Shown one piece after another: positions 20,199-30,400 of a stretch of DNA of 64,000 bases; within the stretch, counting starts at the first letter, position 1, and every line of letters begins with the position of its first letter. The notes beneath the pieces were generated by a model. That model ran no database searches. It was not told where the DNA came from and saw only the letters and a program-made list of their open reading frames with translations. Origin of the DNA: an uncultured delta proteobacterium (lineage in GTDB: Bacteria > Myxococcota_A > Polyangia > Fen-1088); contig CAVYGB010000002.1 in the NCBI GenBank assembly GCA_963767925.1, positions 2,176,001 through 2,240,000 of the forward strand, given 5' to 3'. Position numbers and translations under genes: made by a program.

Positions 20199-20777
20199 AT
20201 GCGCGCATACCTGCTTCCCTTGTCGCTGTCGCTCGCCGTCGGCTGCTCGTCCACGCAGCGGCCCGATGGCGGCAAGGGGCTGCTCGCGGCGGGGGCGCAG
20301 GCGCCGGATCTGAAGGCGCCGGATCACCGCGGGGCCGAGGTGGCGTTGCGCGACGGGCGGGCCTCGCTGGTGTTCTTCTATCCGAAGGACGACACGCCTG
20401 GCTGTACCCGCGAGGCGTGCGCCTTCCGGGACACCTGGCAGCGGTACGAGGCGGCGGGGCTGCGCGTGATCGGGGTATCGACCGACAGCGACGCCTCTCA
20501 CCGCGCGTTCGCCGAGAAGCACCGGCTGCCCTTCCCGCTCATCGCCGACGGCGAACGGGTATGGGCCCAGAGCTTCGGGGTGGGCCCGTTCTTCGGCATG
20601 ACCCGGCGGGTGAGCTTCCTGATCGGGAGCGACGGCCGCATCCACAAGGTTTACCCGAAGATCGATCCCGGCCAGCACGCCGCCGAGGTCCTGAGCGACG
20701 CCGGCGCCCTCGGGGTGACGAACCCGACCGGCAGCCGCGCCGACGCTCGGTCCACCAAGACCGAGGCCGGCCGGTGA
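20199..20777 (+). CDS. bcp: Peroxiredoxin (BCP/PrxQ) with lipoprotein signal
   Basis: FFYPKDDTPGCTREAC; LAVGC lipobox. Confidence 0.88.
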   Translation: MRAYLLPLSLSLAVGCSSTQRPDGGKGLLAAGAQAPDLKAPDHRGAEVALRDGRASLVFFYPKDDTPGCTREACAFRDTWQRYEAAGLRVIGVSTDSDASHRAFAEKHRLPFPLIADGERVWAQSFGVGPFFGMTRRVSFLIGSDGRIHKVYPKIDPGQHAAEVLSDAGALGVTNPTGSRADARSTKTEAGR

Positions 20778-21622
20778 CGTCCCGGCGAACAGCGGCAACC
20801 GCGCTGGTGGCGGCCAGCGCGCTGGGGATCGCCTGCAGCGAGGAAGGACCGGAGCTGATGGCCAGCGCGCCGGAGGGGCTGCGGATCCTCGCCTACAACA
20901 TCCACCACGGCGAGGGCACCGACGATCAGATCGACCTTCCGCGCCTCGCCAGCGTGATCCTGGAACAGGACCCTGACCTCGTCGCCCTGCAGGAGGTGGA
21001 CCGCGGCGCCGCGCGGACCGGTGGCGTGGATCAGGCCGCCGTGCTCGGCGAGCTGACCGGCCTCACGCCCCTTTATGGTCCCTTCATGGACTTCGACGGC
21101 GGCAGCTACGGGATGGCGCTGCTCACCCGCTGGGAGGTGGTGCGATCCCGGAACATCGAGCTGCCCGGCGCCTGCCTCGACTGCCCATGCAACCCCTTCC
21201 CCTGCCCCGAGGGCCGCACATCGATGATGGCCGTGGTCCGCTCCCCCCGAGACGGGAAGACCGTCACCTTCGCCGGCGTCCACCTCTACGGCTCGGAGGC
21301 CGAACGCCTCGCCCAGGCCAGCGCCCTCACCACCGAGCTGGCGACCGAACCCACCCCGGCCATCCTGGCCGGCGACTTCAACGCGCAACCCGGCACCCCC
21401 GTGATGACCCTCCTCGATCCCACCTGGCACATCCTGGAAAAGGAAGGCCCCCCCGCCACCTTCCCCGCCCCCGCCCCCACCCGCGAGATCGACTACATCC
21501 TCCTCCGCAAGGACAGCGACGTCGAGGTAACCCGCCACATCGTCCTCGAAGAAGCCGCAGCCTCCGACCACCGCCCCATCCTGTCCGACCTGCTCCTCAC
21601 CCGCCCCGCCAACGCGCGGTAG
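20774..21622 (+). CDS. Endonuclease/exonuclease/phosphatase (EEP) family lipoprotein
   Basis: LAYNIHHG, DLVALQEVD, VHL, ILAGDFNA, IDYI, ASDHRP; GTG overlaps the bcp stop. Confidence 0.88.
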   Translation: MTSRRTAATALVAASALGIACSEEGPELMASAPEGLRILAYNIHHGEGTDDQIDLPRLASVILEQDPDLVALQEVDRGAARTGGVDQAAVLGELTGLTPLYGPFMDFDGGSYGMALLTRWEVVRSRNIELPGACLDCPCNPFPCPEGRTSMMAVVRSPRDGKTVTFAGVHLYGSEAERLAQASALTTELATEPTPAILAGDFNAQPGTPVMTLLDPTWHILEKEGPPATFPAPAPTREIDYILLRKDSDVEVTRHIVLEEAAASDHRPILSDLLLTRPANAR

Positions 21623-21916
21623 AGCAGCGACCGGTTTGCCCGGAGGGTCCCCGGCGTTCGTTGATCAAACCGTCCGGTGATCCAGACGCTGCAGCCCAGC
21701 GGCTCCGAGCCTGGATCGCCGGGTTTCAACCGCAACCCCGCAGGCGCGCGTACAGCCGCGGACGCCCGCCACGTCCAGCCGCTCATGGCGGCGCCGCACT
21801 CCCTGCGTGCACCCGACTGCTGCTTGTAGCAAAACGGCACTCAGGTTAGAGCCAGCCGCTGAAACCTGTGGAGAATTTGCGCCGATGGGCGAAACGAGGT
21901 GTCGAGGCCGGGACGC

Positions 21917-22100
21917 GTGCTCGTGGGCGTGTTCGAGCGCGTGTTCGTGTTCGTGTTCGAGTTCGTGTGGGGCGAGCGTTGAGCGGCCAGGCGGCTCTCG
22001 GTGCGCGTAAATCACGCGAGCCGAGGCCCGCGGGCCGAACACGCTCACCACACACGGACACGAACTCGAACACGCGCTCGCACACGAGCACGACCACGAC
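21917..22100. repeat. Inverted pair of degenerate hexamer tracts (GTGTTC)n / (GAACAC)n
   Basis: gtgttcgtgttcgtgttcgagttcgtg at 21917-21968 faces acacgaactcgaacacg...cacgagcacgaccacgac at 22038-22100. Confidence 0.65.
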
Positions 22101-22114
22101 AGCCGCGGCAGTCA

Positions 22115-22369
22115 TCAGGGTTGGTGGCGGTGCATGCCGGCGAGCCGAGTGAGCATCGCGCACAGCCGGTCGAGCAGAGACATCACCGCTTCGATCTCGG
22201 TATCGGGAGCAAGTCCCAGGATTGCAACGCCTCCAAGGCGGCTGCCGCCTCGGACGCTTCGCCTCTGGCGGTGCGGAACCGTGAGATCCGGTCGGCGCCC
22301 GTTCGGCTGGATGCCTCGGCGATGCCCAGGTATGCCGACAACAGCGCGCCGAAGCTGGTCCTGCAACAA
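22115..22369 (-). pseudogene. Four-helix-bundle (23S rRNA IVP-like) protein fragment, frameshifted and 5'-truncated
   Basis: LQDQLRRAVVGIP / GIAEASSRTGADRISRFRTARGEASEAAAALE / SLLDRLCAMLTRL read across two frameshifts. Confidence 0.65.
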
Positions 22370-23038
22370 GCTCAAGACCGGGTGCCAATGGGATGCCATC
22401 CCCCGCGAGTTCGGCAGCGGCAGCGTGTGCTACCAGCGGTTCCAGCAGTGGCGAGCGGCCGGCGTGTTCCACATGATGCACGTGGAGATGGTCCTCTACT
22501 ACGACCAGCATGTTGGCGTCGACCTGAGCTGGTGCTCGCTCGACAGCGCCACTGTCAAGGCACCAAAAGGGGGGACCTCACCGGCCCCAGTCCGACCGAT
22601 CGGGCCAAACTCGGGACCAAGCGCCACATCCTGACCGACGCCGACGGCGTGCCCCTGGCCGTCACCATCACAGGGGCGAACGTGCACGACAAGTGGATGG
22701 TGGGCCAGACCCTGGATGCCATGGTCCTGCGGGGCCCTCGTGGTCCACGTCGCCCCAAGAGCTTGTGCCTCGACAAAGGCTACGACTACGACTACGCCGA
22801 CTGTGAGCAGGAGGTTCGCCGCCGTCGAATCGTTCCTCACATCCGCCGGCGAGGCGAACCACCACTGGTCGGCTGTGTTCACGGTAGGCCGCGACGCTGG
22901 GTGGTCGAGCGCACCAACAGCTGGCACAACCGATATCGAGGTCTTCTCATCCGCTGGGAACGCAAAGCCGAGAATTACTTAGCCTTCGTTCGGCTCGCCT
23001 GTCCGCTGATTGCCTTCAACGCTGCCTCTCGTGCGTAA
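22368..23038 (+). pseudogene. IS5-family DDE transposase, N-terminally truncated; orfA/orfB joined by a -1 shift at AAAAGGGGGG (22565-22574)
   Basis: KTGCQWDAIPREFG, YQRFQQW, LDSATVKAP; DRAKLGTKRHILTDADGVPL, LDKGYD, RWVVERTNSW. Confidence 0.88.
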
Positions 23039-23062
23039 TTCACAGGTTCCAGCGGCTCACTC

Positions 23063-23605
23063 TTAAGGCCAATGCCGGTGGGTGGGGACGCGGACCAGGG
23101 TCACGACTCGGGCGACCTCATTCCCTGCATCACGCACCCGCAACGTGAGGTAGGTCCCCACCCGACCGTCGAGCGCGCGCGAAGTGTTGAGACCGGACGC
23201 TTGCACGTCGTTGCCGTCGATCGACAGGATCATGGCGCCGGGACGAATGCCGGCCCTTTCCGCCGATGATCCGGGGGCGACCGTGAGAACCTCGACTTCC
23301 GCCCGCGCCCGGATCGACAGTTCCACCCAACCGTGCTTCCGGCGATCCAGGAGCCCGAAGGTGCCGAGGTCGAGCACCATACTGGTCGGGGGCACTTCGA
23401 ACCACCGCCGGTCTCCCGCGTGGCGCCGGGACGGGTCGGTGATGTGGAGCTGTATCAGCTGTCCCGGGGGCACCGCCGGGATGGAGAATTTGCCGGCGGC
23501 GTCGCCGCGGCCTTCCAGCGCGTGGCTCAGGCGAGAGCGAGCGCCGCCACCGCCGACTGCCCCTGAGGTGTTCTCTTTGGAGACATATCTCGCCGTCTGA
23601 CCGTT
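23063..23605 (-). pseudogene. Carboxypeptidase-regulatory-like + PDZ domain gene fragment
   Basis: DAAGKFSIPAVPPG; VLTVAPGSSAERAGIRPGAMILSIDG; no ATG before the upstream in-frame stop; its TAA is the IS target. Confidence 0.55.
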
Positions 23606-23651
23606 CTAGACTGACCACCGTTCGTGGGTTCATCGTTTCAGGAGGAACAGC

Positions 23652-23948
23652 ATGAAAAACGCACGCGCGCTACTGACGGCAGCAGCCGTGGGCCTTCTCG
23701 CCTTCCATGGGTCACCGTTCACTGCGGATAGCGCTCGGGGTTCGCCGGCCTGCCAGCGCCCCATGGGCTTTCATATCGATTGCTCATGTCCATCGGGAGT
23801 CGGGCGGGGCTGCATATGTGCGCCCTGCCAGGTACCCGGTGGGATCTGGTGCCAGGAGCGAGACTCGGAGACCTGCAATGCCTGCGGCCTCGAATACACG
23901 CAAGGGTGCGACCAGTTCGGATCGTGCAACTGTCGGGGCGAATCGTAG
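23652..23948 (+). CDS. Small secreted 12-Cys protein (98 aa)
   Basis: Strong RBS AGGAGG; signal peptide MKNARALLTAAAVGLLAF; 12 cysteines in the mature part. Confidence 0.7.
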   Translation: MKNARALLTAAAVGLLAFHGSPFTADSARGSPACQRPMGFHIDCSCPSGVGRGCICAPCQVPGGIWCQERDSETCNACGLEYTQGCDQFGSCNCRGES

Positions 23949-24721
23949 TGCCGGGGAGTGGCAGCGCGGCCGCCCGGCCAGGGAGCATTCGGGGACGATG
24001 GAGATCGCGCCTCCCGCTGACCATGGCCGCCGTGGCATGTGGTCTGACGGCTTTTGTCCTCTGGCGGATCTTCTCTCCGGCTTCCATGGCCAACTCGCGA
24101 TCTGTCGCCGCCGAGCGATCGGCAGCTTCCACGGCACGAAGGCCCACCCACGGGTCCGATCGCAGGATCCCGGGGTTCGCTCAGGGAGTGCCGACTTTCA
24201 CGCGCTCGCAGAGCGGCCAACCAGCCATACAGGATGTGCCGGGGGCGCCCGGATACGATCCGACGAATTTTTCCGGCCTGGTCTCGATGAGCAAGGTGTT
24301 CGAGGCCGAGCCCAGGGACGAGCAATGGGCCGGTCGGATCGAAGCCTGGATCAGTGCCAGGCTGGTAGAGGATCTGCGTTCGATCGCACCCCTGGTGAAA
24401 GCTACCGTTGAATGCCGAACGACGGCCTGCCGGTGGCGTTGGTCCGCACCGCAGGAAGCACAACCGAACACCGAAGAGGTCATGCGCTGGGTTCAGCGAA
24501 CCTTGTACATGGGCTCAATCACCGAGAACACGGGGCGAGACGAGATCACGACTGCATATTTTGGGGGAGGGAGGGGCTTCACGGGTTTGCAGATGGGCGA
24601 TGCCGCCGCGTTGATAGAGCGGCTGAAACACCGCCGAGCATCAATCTTGCGCAGCATCCACGAGGGCCGCCGGTCGCATCTGGACGCGCATATCCCGCGA
24701 GCGGCGTGGCCGAAGCTCTGA
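23948..24721 (+). CDS. Hypothetical membrane-anchored protein
   Basis: One TM segment; EPRDEQWA...VECRTTACR motif; GTG overlaps the upstream stop (alternative ATG about 24023). Confidence 0.65.
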   Translation: MPGSGSAAARPGSIRGRWRSRLPLTMAAVACGLTAFVLWRIFSPASMANSRSVAAERSAASTARRPTHGSDRRIPGFAQGVPTFTRSQSGQPAIQDVPGAPGYDPTNFSGLVSMSKVFEAEPRDEQWAGRIEAWISARLVEDLRSIAPLVKATVECRTTACRWRWSAPQEAQPNTEEVMRWVQRTLYMGSITENTGRDEITTAYFGGGRGFTGLQMGDAAALIERLKHRRASILRSIHEGRRSHLDAHIPRAAWPKL

Positions 24722-24744
24722 GCAGGGCCTCAGGAGGATCTCGA

Positions 24745-25416
24745 ATGACTGCGTTCGCACGCTGGTTGCCGGAAGTGGCGTGGTTCGGATTGGTGGCAGC
24801 CGGGACGTTTGGCGTAGCTGCCGCCGTTGCGACCGGTTTCGGCGAGGGCGACAGCTCGCGCCCGCTGAGCCAGGTGGCGCCTGACCACGTAGCACCCGGG
24901 CGGTCAGAAGTGGCGAGGGAGCAAGCACCGGCGTCTGCCCGCAGAGCCGCGGCTGGTGAAAACCTGGGGCGGCTCACCGAGTCCGTCCCCAGCCGGGTTC
25001 CGGTGCCCCCGCTCACGGCCCTCGATCGCGCGGCGGTGCACTCGGCGGAGGCCAGCGCGTTGCGAGGCGCCCTGGTCCAGGCCATCAACCCCTATGTCTT
25101 TCGCTCACCGGGATGTCTGCCCGCGGATCATCCCGAGCTGACCGTGGCTCAGTTCGACCTTCAGGTGCAGTCATCGAGACAAGAGGCCACGGTGACGGGA
25201 ACCAGGAGCCTCCGTGTGATCGATGGCCCCGCCCTCGACCCGAAGATCCTCGACTGCTTCCTGTCCAGGGTTCCGGAGCCCCTCTTCGTGACCCCGCCAT
25301 CGGGCACTGCCTTTCCCGAATTCCAGGGAGACGCCGCCGTCCGGATGTTCCTGAGCGGCACCCCCGGCTGCAAGCCCGACGGACAGCCTCCGGCCGCTTC
25401 GTCTGACTCTCTCTAG
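24745..25416 (+). CDS. Hypothetical membrane-anchored protein
   Basis: RBS AGGAGG, ATG 24745, N-terminal TM, C-terminal domain with three Cys. Confidence 0.6.
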   Translation: MTAFARWLPEVAWFGLVAAGTFGVAAAVATGFGEGDSSRPLSQVAPDHVAPGRSEVAREQAPASARRAAAGENLGRLTESVPSRVPVPPLTALDRAAVHSAEASALRGALVQAINPYVFRSPGCLPADHPELTVAQFDLQVQSSRQEATVTGTRSLRVIDGPALDPKILDCFLSRVPEPLFVTPPSGTAFPEFQGDAAVRMFLSGTPGCKPDGQPPAASSDSL

Positions 25417-25958
25417 CAGCGCCACCACCCAAGTTTTGACTTCGATGTTGCTCAGCGATCGAGGCAGACACGATCCGCCCGGAAGATCCGCCGCGGCCGT
25501 CCACGACATTCCGTCCAGGGACGCGAGACGGTCGCCGGTACGAATCCCCCGATTGAACCGTCGAAGCTCGCTCCCGTCCTCGGTCAGGTAGACCAGGCCT
25601 TCCAAAAAGGCTCTGGTTGGATCCGGTCAGAGCTCCGCTTCTCCTTTGAAGCGGCGGTCCCGGCATGCCATTCGGAAATGCTGGACCTGCTCAGGGGGCG
25701 GCTCGCCCGGCCGGCGTCATGGGGTCGTGCCCTTTCAGAGCTGACACCACTCCCCGCCGTCGGAGAGTTGCACTCCTGGCATTCGTCCGGGATGTCGACC
25801 AGGTCGCGCGCCTCCGTCGTATCGGAGACGCGTCGAGCGCCAAATCGGTTCTATGGGGCCGTATCGAAGGCCGCACGACCAATCATCGAGTGACATATAC
25901 CATCGAGTCATATAAAAATGTCCCCACAACTGCGGAGGCTGGCAACAGGAGGCGACCC

Positions 25959-26507
25959 GTGACCGAGTCAGTTTCGACGGTGGTCCTCATCGATGACGAT
26001 GTCTCATTCACCCATCGTCTTTCCCGGCTGCTGCGTTCGGATGGTCATTCCGTCGCGGTGGCCAGCACCGGAGCTGCTGGCATCGAATTGCTGCGAGCGG
26101 CATCGAGACCTGGAGCGATCGTTTTAGAGCCGAATCTCGCGGGGGCGGCCTGGTATCAGCTCCTCCGGCTGGCCGCCCAGCGGGTCGGCTCCTCACGGCT
26201 GCTGGTCATCACCGCCTTCTGGTCAGTGGCGCTGGCCCAGGAGGCGCAGACGTCCGGGGCAGAGGTCTGTCTGCGAAAGCCGATCAGTGATAGCGAAATG
26301 AGGAGCCTGGTGAGGAGAGCACCCGCCGATCGGGCGTTCCAGGCACCCCGGGCCGGCGACCCGCCGAGCCTCGCGGGGGTGGAGTGGGAATACGTGAACC
26401 AGGTCATCCGCGATTGTCGGGGAAATATGAGCCAGGCGGCTCGACTGCTCGGGATCCATCGGCCGTCCCTCTACAAGAAGCTGCGCAAACATCCTCCGAT
26501 CCGATGA
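25959..26507 (+). CDS. RegA/PrrA-like response regulator (receiver + Fis HTH); phosphoacceptor Asp replaced by Glu
   Basis: RBS AGGAGG; VVLIDDD, GAIVLEPNL, ITAF, LRKP; SLAGVEWEYVNQVIRDCRGNMSQAARLLGIHRPSLYKKL. Confidence 0.82.
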   Translation: MTESVSTVVLIDDDVSFTHRLSRLLRSDGHSVAVASTGAAGIELLRAASRPGAIVLEPNLAGAAWYQLLRLAAQRVGSSRLLVITAFWSVALAQEAQTSGAEVCLRKPISDSEMRSLVRRAPADRAFQAPRAGDPPSLAGVEWEYVNQVIRDCRGNMSQAARLLGIHRPSLYKKLRKHPPIR

Positions 26508-26517
26508 ACCTCGCTCG

Positions 26518-26922
26518 CTACTTCCAGACTTCGACTTTTAGGCCGGGGACCTTGGGGAAGCTGCGGGGGTCTCGGGTGGCGATTGACCAGGCGCGGCCCA
26601 GGGCGGTTGCCGCGATCAGGAGATCGTGAGGGCCGATGTTGGTTCCTCTTGCGGCCAGGGTCGCCCAGAGGCGTGCGTGGACGCGCGCGGTGACCTCGTC
26701 GAAAGGCAGAACCACCAGGGTGGCCAGGATGCGTTCCACGAATGCTTCGCGGCGGGCTCTCACGGCTACCGGGGCTGCGCGGTGCACGCCATGGAGCAAC
26801 TCGGAAGCGGTGATGGCCGAGAGTGCGGCCCCCTCACCCGCGCGCTGGGCGAGCTTTGCCGGAAGGTCGAAGGCGCCGCGCTCCGAAGCGATGAACACAC
26901 TGGAGTCGATCAGGACTCCCAG
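26518..26922 (-). CDS. vapC: PIN-domain toxin
   Basis: GVLIDSSVFI, SAITASELLHG, GPHDLLIAATAL, ATRDPRSF; probable start is CTG at 26922, overlapping the antitoxin end. Confidence 0.85.
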   Translation of the reverse strand: MGVLIDSSVFIASERGAFDLPAKLAQRAGEGAALSAITASELLHGVHRAAPVAVRARREAFVERILATLVVLPFDEVTARVHARLWATLAARGTNIGPHDLLIAATALGRAWSIATRDPRSFPKVPGLKVEVWK

Positions 26923-27191
26923 GGCGACCTCGGCAGCTTGCCTTGCCGGCGCGTCAGCGCGCGGATGGTTTTGCGGTACCCGTCGTCCACCGGGGGGAGC
27001 TCCTCCAGGAGCCGCAAGAAGTCGCCGATCGTGCTCTTCGCGGCGCGGCTGCTTGCGACCGGGATTATCCGGCACACCGCTTCCCCTCCCTTTTCGACGA
27101 TGAATTCCTCGCCGCGGTAGCGTACACGTGACACGACGTCCGAAAAGGATCGGGCGGCCTCCGTGGCGGAGATCTTCTTCGGCGCAGCCAT
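26910..27191 (-). CDS. Phd/YefM-family antitoxin
   Basis: ISATEAARSFSDVVSRVRYRGEEFIVEKGGEAVCRIIP; directly upstream of vapC. Confidence 0.85.
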   Translation of the reverse strand: MAAPKKISATEAARSFSDVVSRVRYRGEEFIVEKGGEAVCRIIPVASSRAAKSTIGDFLRLLEELPPVDDGYRKTIRALTRRQGKLPRSPWES

Positions 27192-27194
27192 GAC

Positions 27195-27211
27195 AATCAG
27201 ATTATCAGATT
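27195..27211. promoter_or_regulatory. Candidate TA operator
   Basis: Tandem ATCAGATT repeat (AATCAGATT is near-palindromic) immediately 5' of the antitoxin ATG. Confidence 0.45.
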
Positions 27212-27478
27212 CGGGCAAGCGAACCACCCTGTGGCGACCAGGTGCGCGGGCTGGTGAGCACGTCCCGCTGTGAATCCCGTATACAACCAGGCGGTCGCGC
27301 TCGTGCGCCCTCGCGATGTACCGGCGGGGCTGCGGGCCCGCCCGCCGAGCGCGAGGCCATCCGCCGGGCGATCGGACGGGGCACCGACGCCCCCAGAGGG
27401 GCGGGGCTCTTGCCATCGTAGTCGGGTTCCCCCCGGCGAGCGCGGGGGGGTGTATATTTGGGGGCGGATGGTGGGGTG

Positions 27479-30400
27479 ATGCTCAGCGAAGAGGAGGCTC
27501 GGGCGCCCGCTGAGAGGGGGCCAGCGGGGCGGCAGCGGCTCGATCGGTGGCTGCACCGGCGGGCGCTGTCCCTGGACGTCTTTCTCGAGCTCGCGATCGG
27601 CCTGGCCGAGGGGCTGGATCGCCTGCACACCCGGAAGCTGCTGCACCGGCACCTTCATCCCGGCAACGTGCTGGTGGACGAGGACGGCGTTCCGGCGCTC
27701 CTGGACCCTCAGGGCGCCGAGCTGGGCGCCGATGAGCTGGCCTACATGGCTCCCGAACAGACGGGGCGCATGGATCGGGTGGCGGACGAGCGGGCGGACC
27801 TGTATTCGCTGGGGGCGATCTACCATCGGCTGCTGACCGGGGCGCCTCCTTTTGCCGGCACCGATCCCATCGATCTGGTGCACGCCCACCTGGCCCGCCC
27901 GCCCACGGCGCCCGAGCAGCTCAATCCGCTGGTCCCGCCCGTCCTCTCGCAGCTCGTCTTGCGGCTGCTCGCCAAGATGCCGGAGCAGCGCTACCAGAGC
28001 GCGCAGACCCTGCTGACCGACCTTTACCACGCGCGGGCACGCCTCCGTCACGACGGCACCATCACCCCCTTCGAGCTCGGCCGTGCCGACCTGGTTTCCG
28101 AGCTGCCGCTGCCGGCGACGCTGTTCGGCCGCGAGGGCGAGCTGCAGGCGCTGCAGGCGAGCTGGGCGACGGTCGCGGCCGGTGGGTCCCGGATCGTCCT
28201 TCTGGCCGGGGCCGCGGGCGCCGGCAAGTCCCGGCTGGCCCGGGCCCTGGAGACGCAGGTGACCGCCGAGGGTCAGGGCCGTTCCCTTTCGGGAACGTTC
28301 CCCCGCCGCCAGAACGCTTCCCCCTATGCCCCGGTGGTGGAGGCGCTGAGCGGCCTGTTGCGCCGTCTCCTGGCCGAACCGGAGCCGGTGCGCGCGGCCT
28401 GGGCGCGCGGGGTCCGGCTGGCCCTGGGCCGCAACGCCGCCGTCATCACCGGGCTGATCCCCGAGCTGGCCCGCCTGATCGGCCAGCCGCGGCCGGTGCG
28501 TGCCCTGGACCCGTCGGGGAACCGGAATCGATTCCAGCAGGCGTTCCTGGCGTTCATGCGGGCCCTCCTGGAACAGCAGCCGCTGCTGCTCTTTCTCGAC
28601 GATCTGCAGTGGGCGGACGCGGAGTCCCTGCGCCTGGTGCAGACGCTGGCGAGCGCGCCCGACCTGTCGCGCTTGCTGCTCCTCGGGGCCTACCGCAGCG
28701 AGGGCGTCGAGCCCGAGCATCCCCTCCTGGCGACCATCGGCGCCCTCCGCGACGGGGAGGCCCGGCTCACCATCCTCGCCTTGCCGCCTCTCGAGGTGGC
28801 GAGCATCGCCGAGCTGTGCGCCGCCGCCCTGGATGCCGCGCCCGATCGGGTCTACCCGCTGGCCCAGGTGTTGCGGCGCAAGACCGCCGGCAACCCGTTC
28901 TTCGTCGAGCAGCTCCTTCGGTTTTTGCAGAAGACCGGACTGCTCCGCCGGGTCTCCGACCGGGACGGGTGGGACTGGGAGCTGGCAGAGGTCGAGCGGG
29001 TGAACGTCACCGACAACGTGGCCGACCTGCTGATCGCCGCGCTTCACCACGTGCCCCAGCCGGTTCGCGCCGTGCTGGGTGCGGCCGCCTCCATCGGGCG
29101 GACGATCCCCCTGTCCTGGCTGGCCGTCGCCAGCGGCCAGCGCCCCGAGGAGATCGCCGCGGCGGTCCGCAGCGCGATCAGCGAGGGGTACCTGGTCGGC
29201 CTGCCCGGCGAGGCCAACGGACTCGATCCTGACGAGCAGCAGCGCTTTCAGTTCGCCCACGACTGGTTGCAGCAGGCCTGCTTGCCGCTGCTCGCTGCCT
29301 CCGAGCAGCGGCGCCTGCACCTCGCCCTGGGGCGGCACCTGCTGTCGTCGGACCTCGAGGAGGGTCCGGCGGATGACCTGCTGCTGGCTGGGCTCGCGCA
29401 CCTCGATCTCGTCCACGACGACCTCGGAACCCCGGAGGAACGGCTGCGCGTCTGCAGGCTGAACGGCCGGGCGGCCCGGCTGGCGCGGGCCACCTCGGCG
29501 TACGCCCAGGCGCTGGCGCACCTCCAGCGCGCCATCGCGCTTTTGCCGGCGGACCCCTGGATGTACGAGCGGCCGCTCACCTTCTCGCTCTATCGCGACG
29601 CGCTCGAGTGCGCGCTGGTGTGCGACGCGCGGCCGCTGGCGGACACCCTGTTCCGGACCGCGCTCGAGGGACTGCCCCGGCCCCGCGACGCCAGCGATCT
29701 CTATCGGATCCGCAGCGACGCCGCCATGACTGGCGGCGCCATGGCGGAGGCGATCGAGTGGGCCCGCCGCGGGCTCCAGATCCTGGGGCTGGACCTGCCC
29801 GCGGCGGAGGCGGCCGCGGCGGGCGCGGAGGAGCTGCAGACCGCGCGCGCGAACCTGGCCCGGGTCACCTTCGAAGAGATCGCCAGCCGGCCCGCCCTCA
29901 CCGACCCGGAGGTCGCATCCGCCATGGTGTTGCTGCGGGGGCTGCTGGCGCCCACCTACGTGACCGGCTCGGCGCTCTTCCCGTTCGTGCTGGGACGCCT
30001 GCTCAACCTGTCACTGGCGGGTGGACCTTCGGCCTCGTCGGCGACGGCCTACGCCTTTCATGCGATGGTGCTGGCCTGCCAGAGCGGCGAGACCGCCGCC
30101 GGCCATCGCTTCGGCGAGCTGGCCCTGGCCCTCGCCGATCGGTTCGGCGACCCGGTGGAGAGGCTCGGGGCCAGCGCCGCCTTCCTCCACAACCTCGCCC
30201 CCTGGCGGACGCCCCTGCGGGCCATCGTTCCCCGCCTGTACCAGGTCCAGGCCCAAGGTCTGGAGTCGGGGGACATCCACCACGCCATGGCCTGCGCCGG
30301 CGGCGCGGCCATGATCCTCTTTCACCAGGGCGTCGAGCTCCACCGGGTGGTGCCGGCGCTCGAGGCGGTTATGGCCAGCTCGCGTCACGCCCACGTCCTG

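Larger units (their letters stand above)
21849..23062 (+). mobile_element. IS5-family insertion sequence remnant
   Basis: TIRs gagccagccgctgaaacctgtg (21849-21870) and cacaggttccagcggctcactc (23041-23062) match 19/22; TTA on both flanks (21846-21848, 23063-23065); transposase inside. Confidence 0.75.

Noticed and set aside
25413..25640. Possible PDZ fragment on the minus strand (GIRTGDRLASLDG)
   Set aside because: Short motif only, no credible start, and the ORF runs antisense into a better gene
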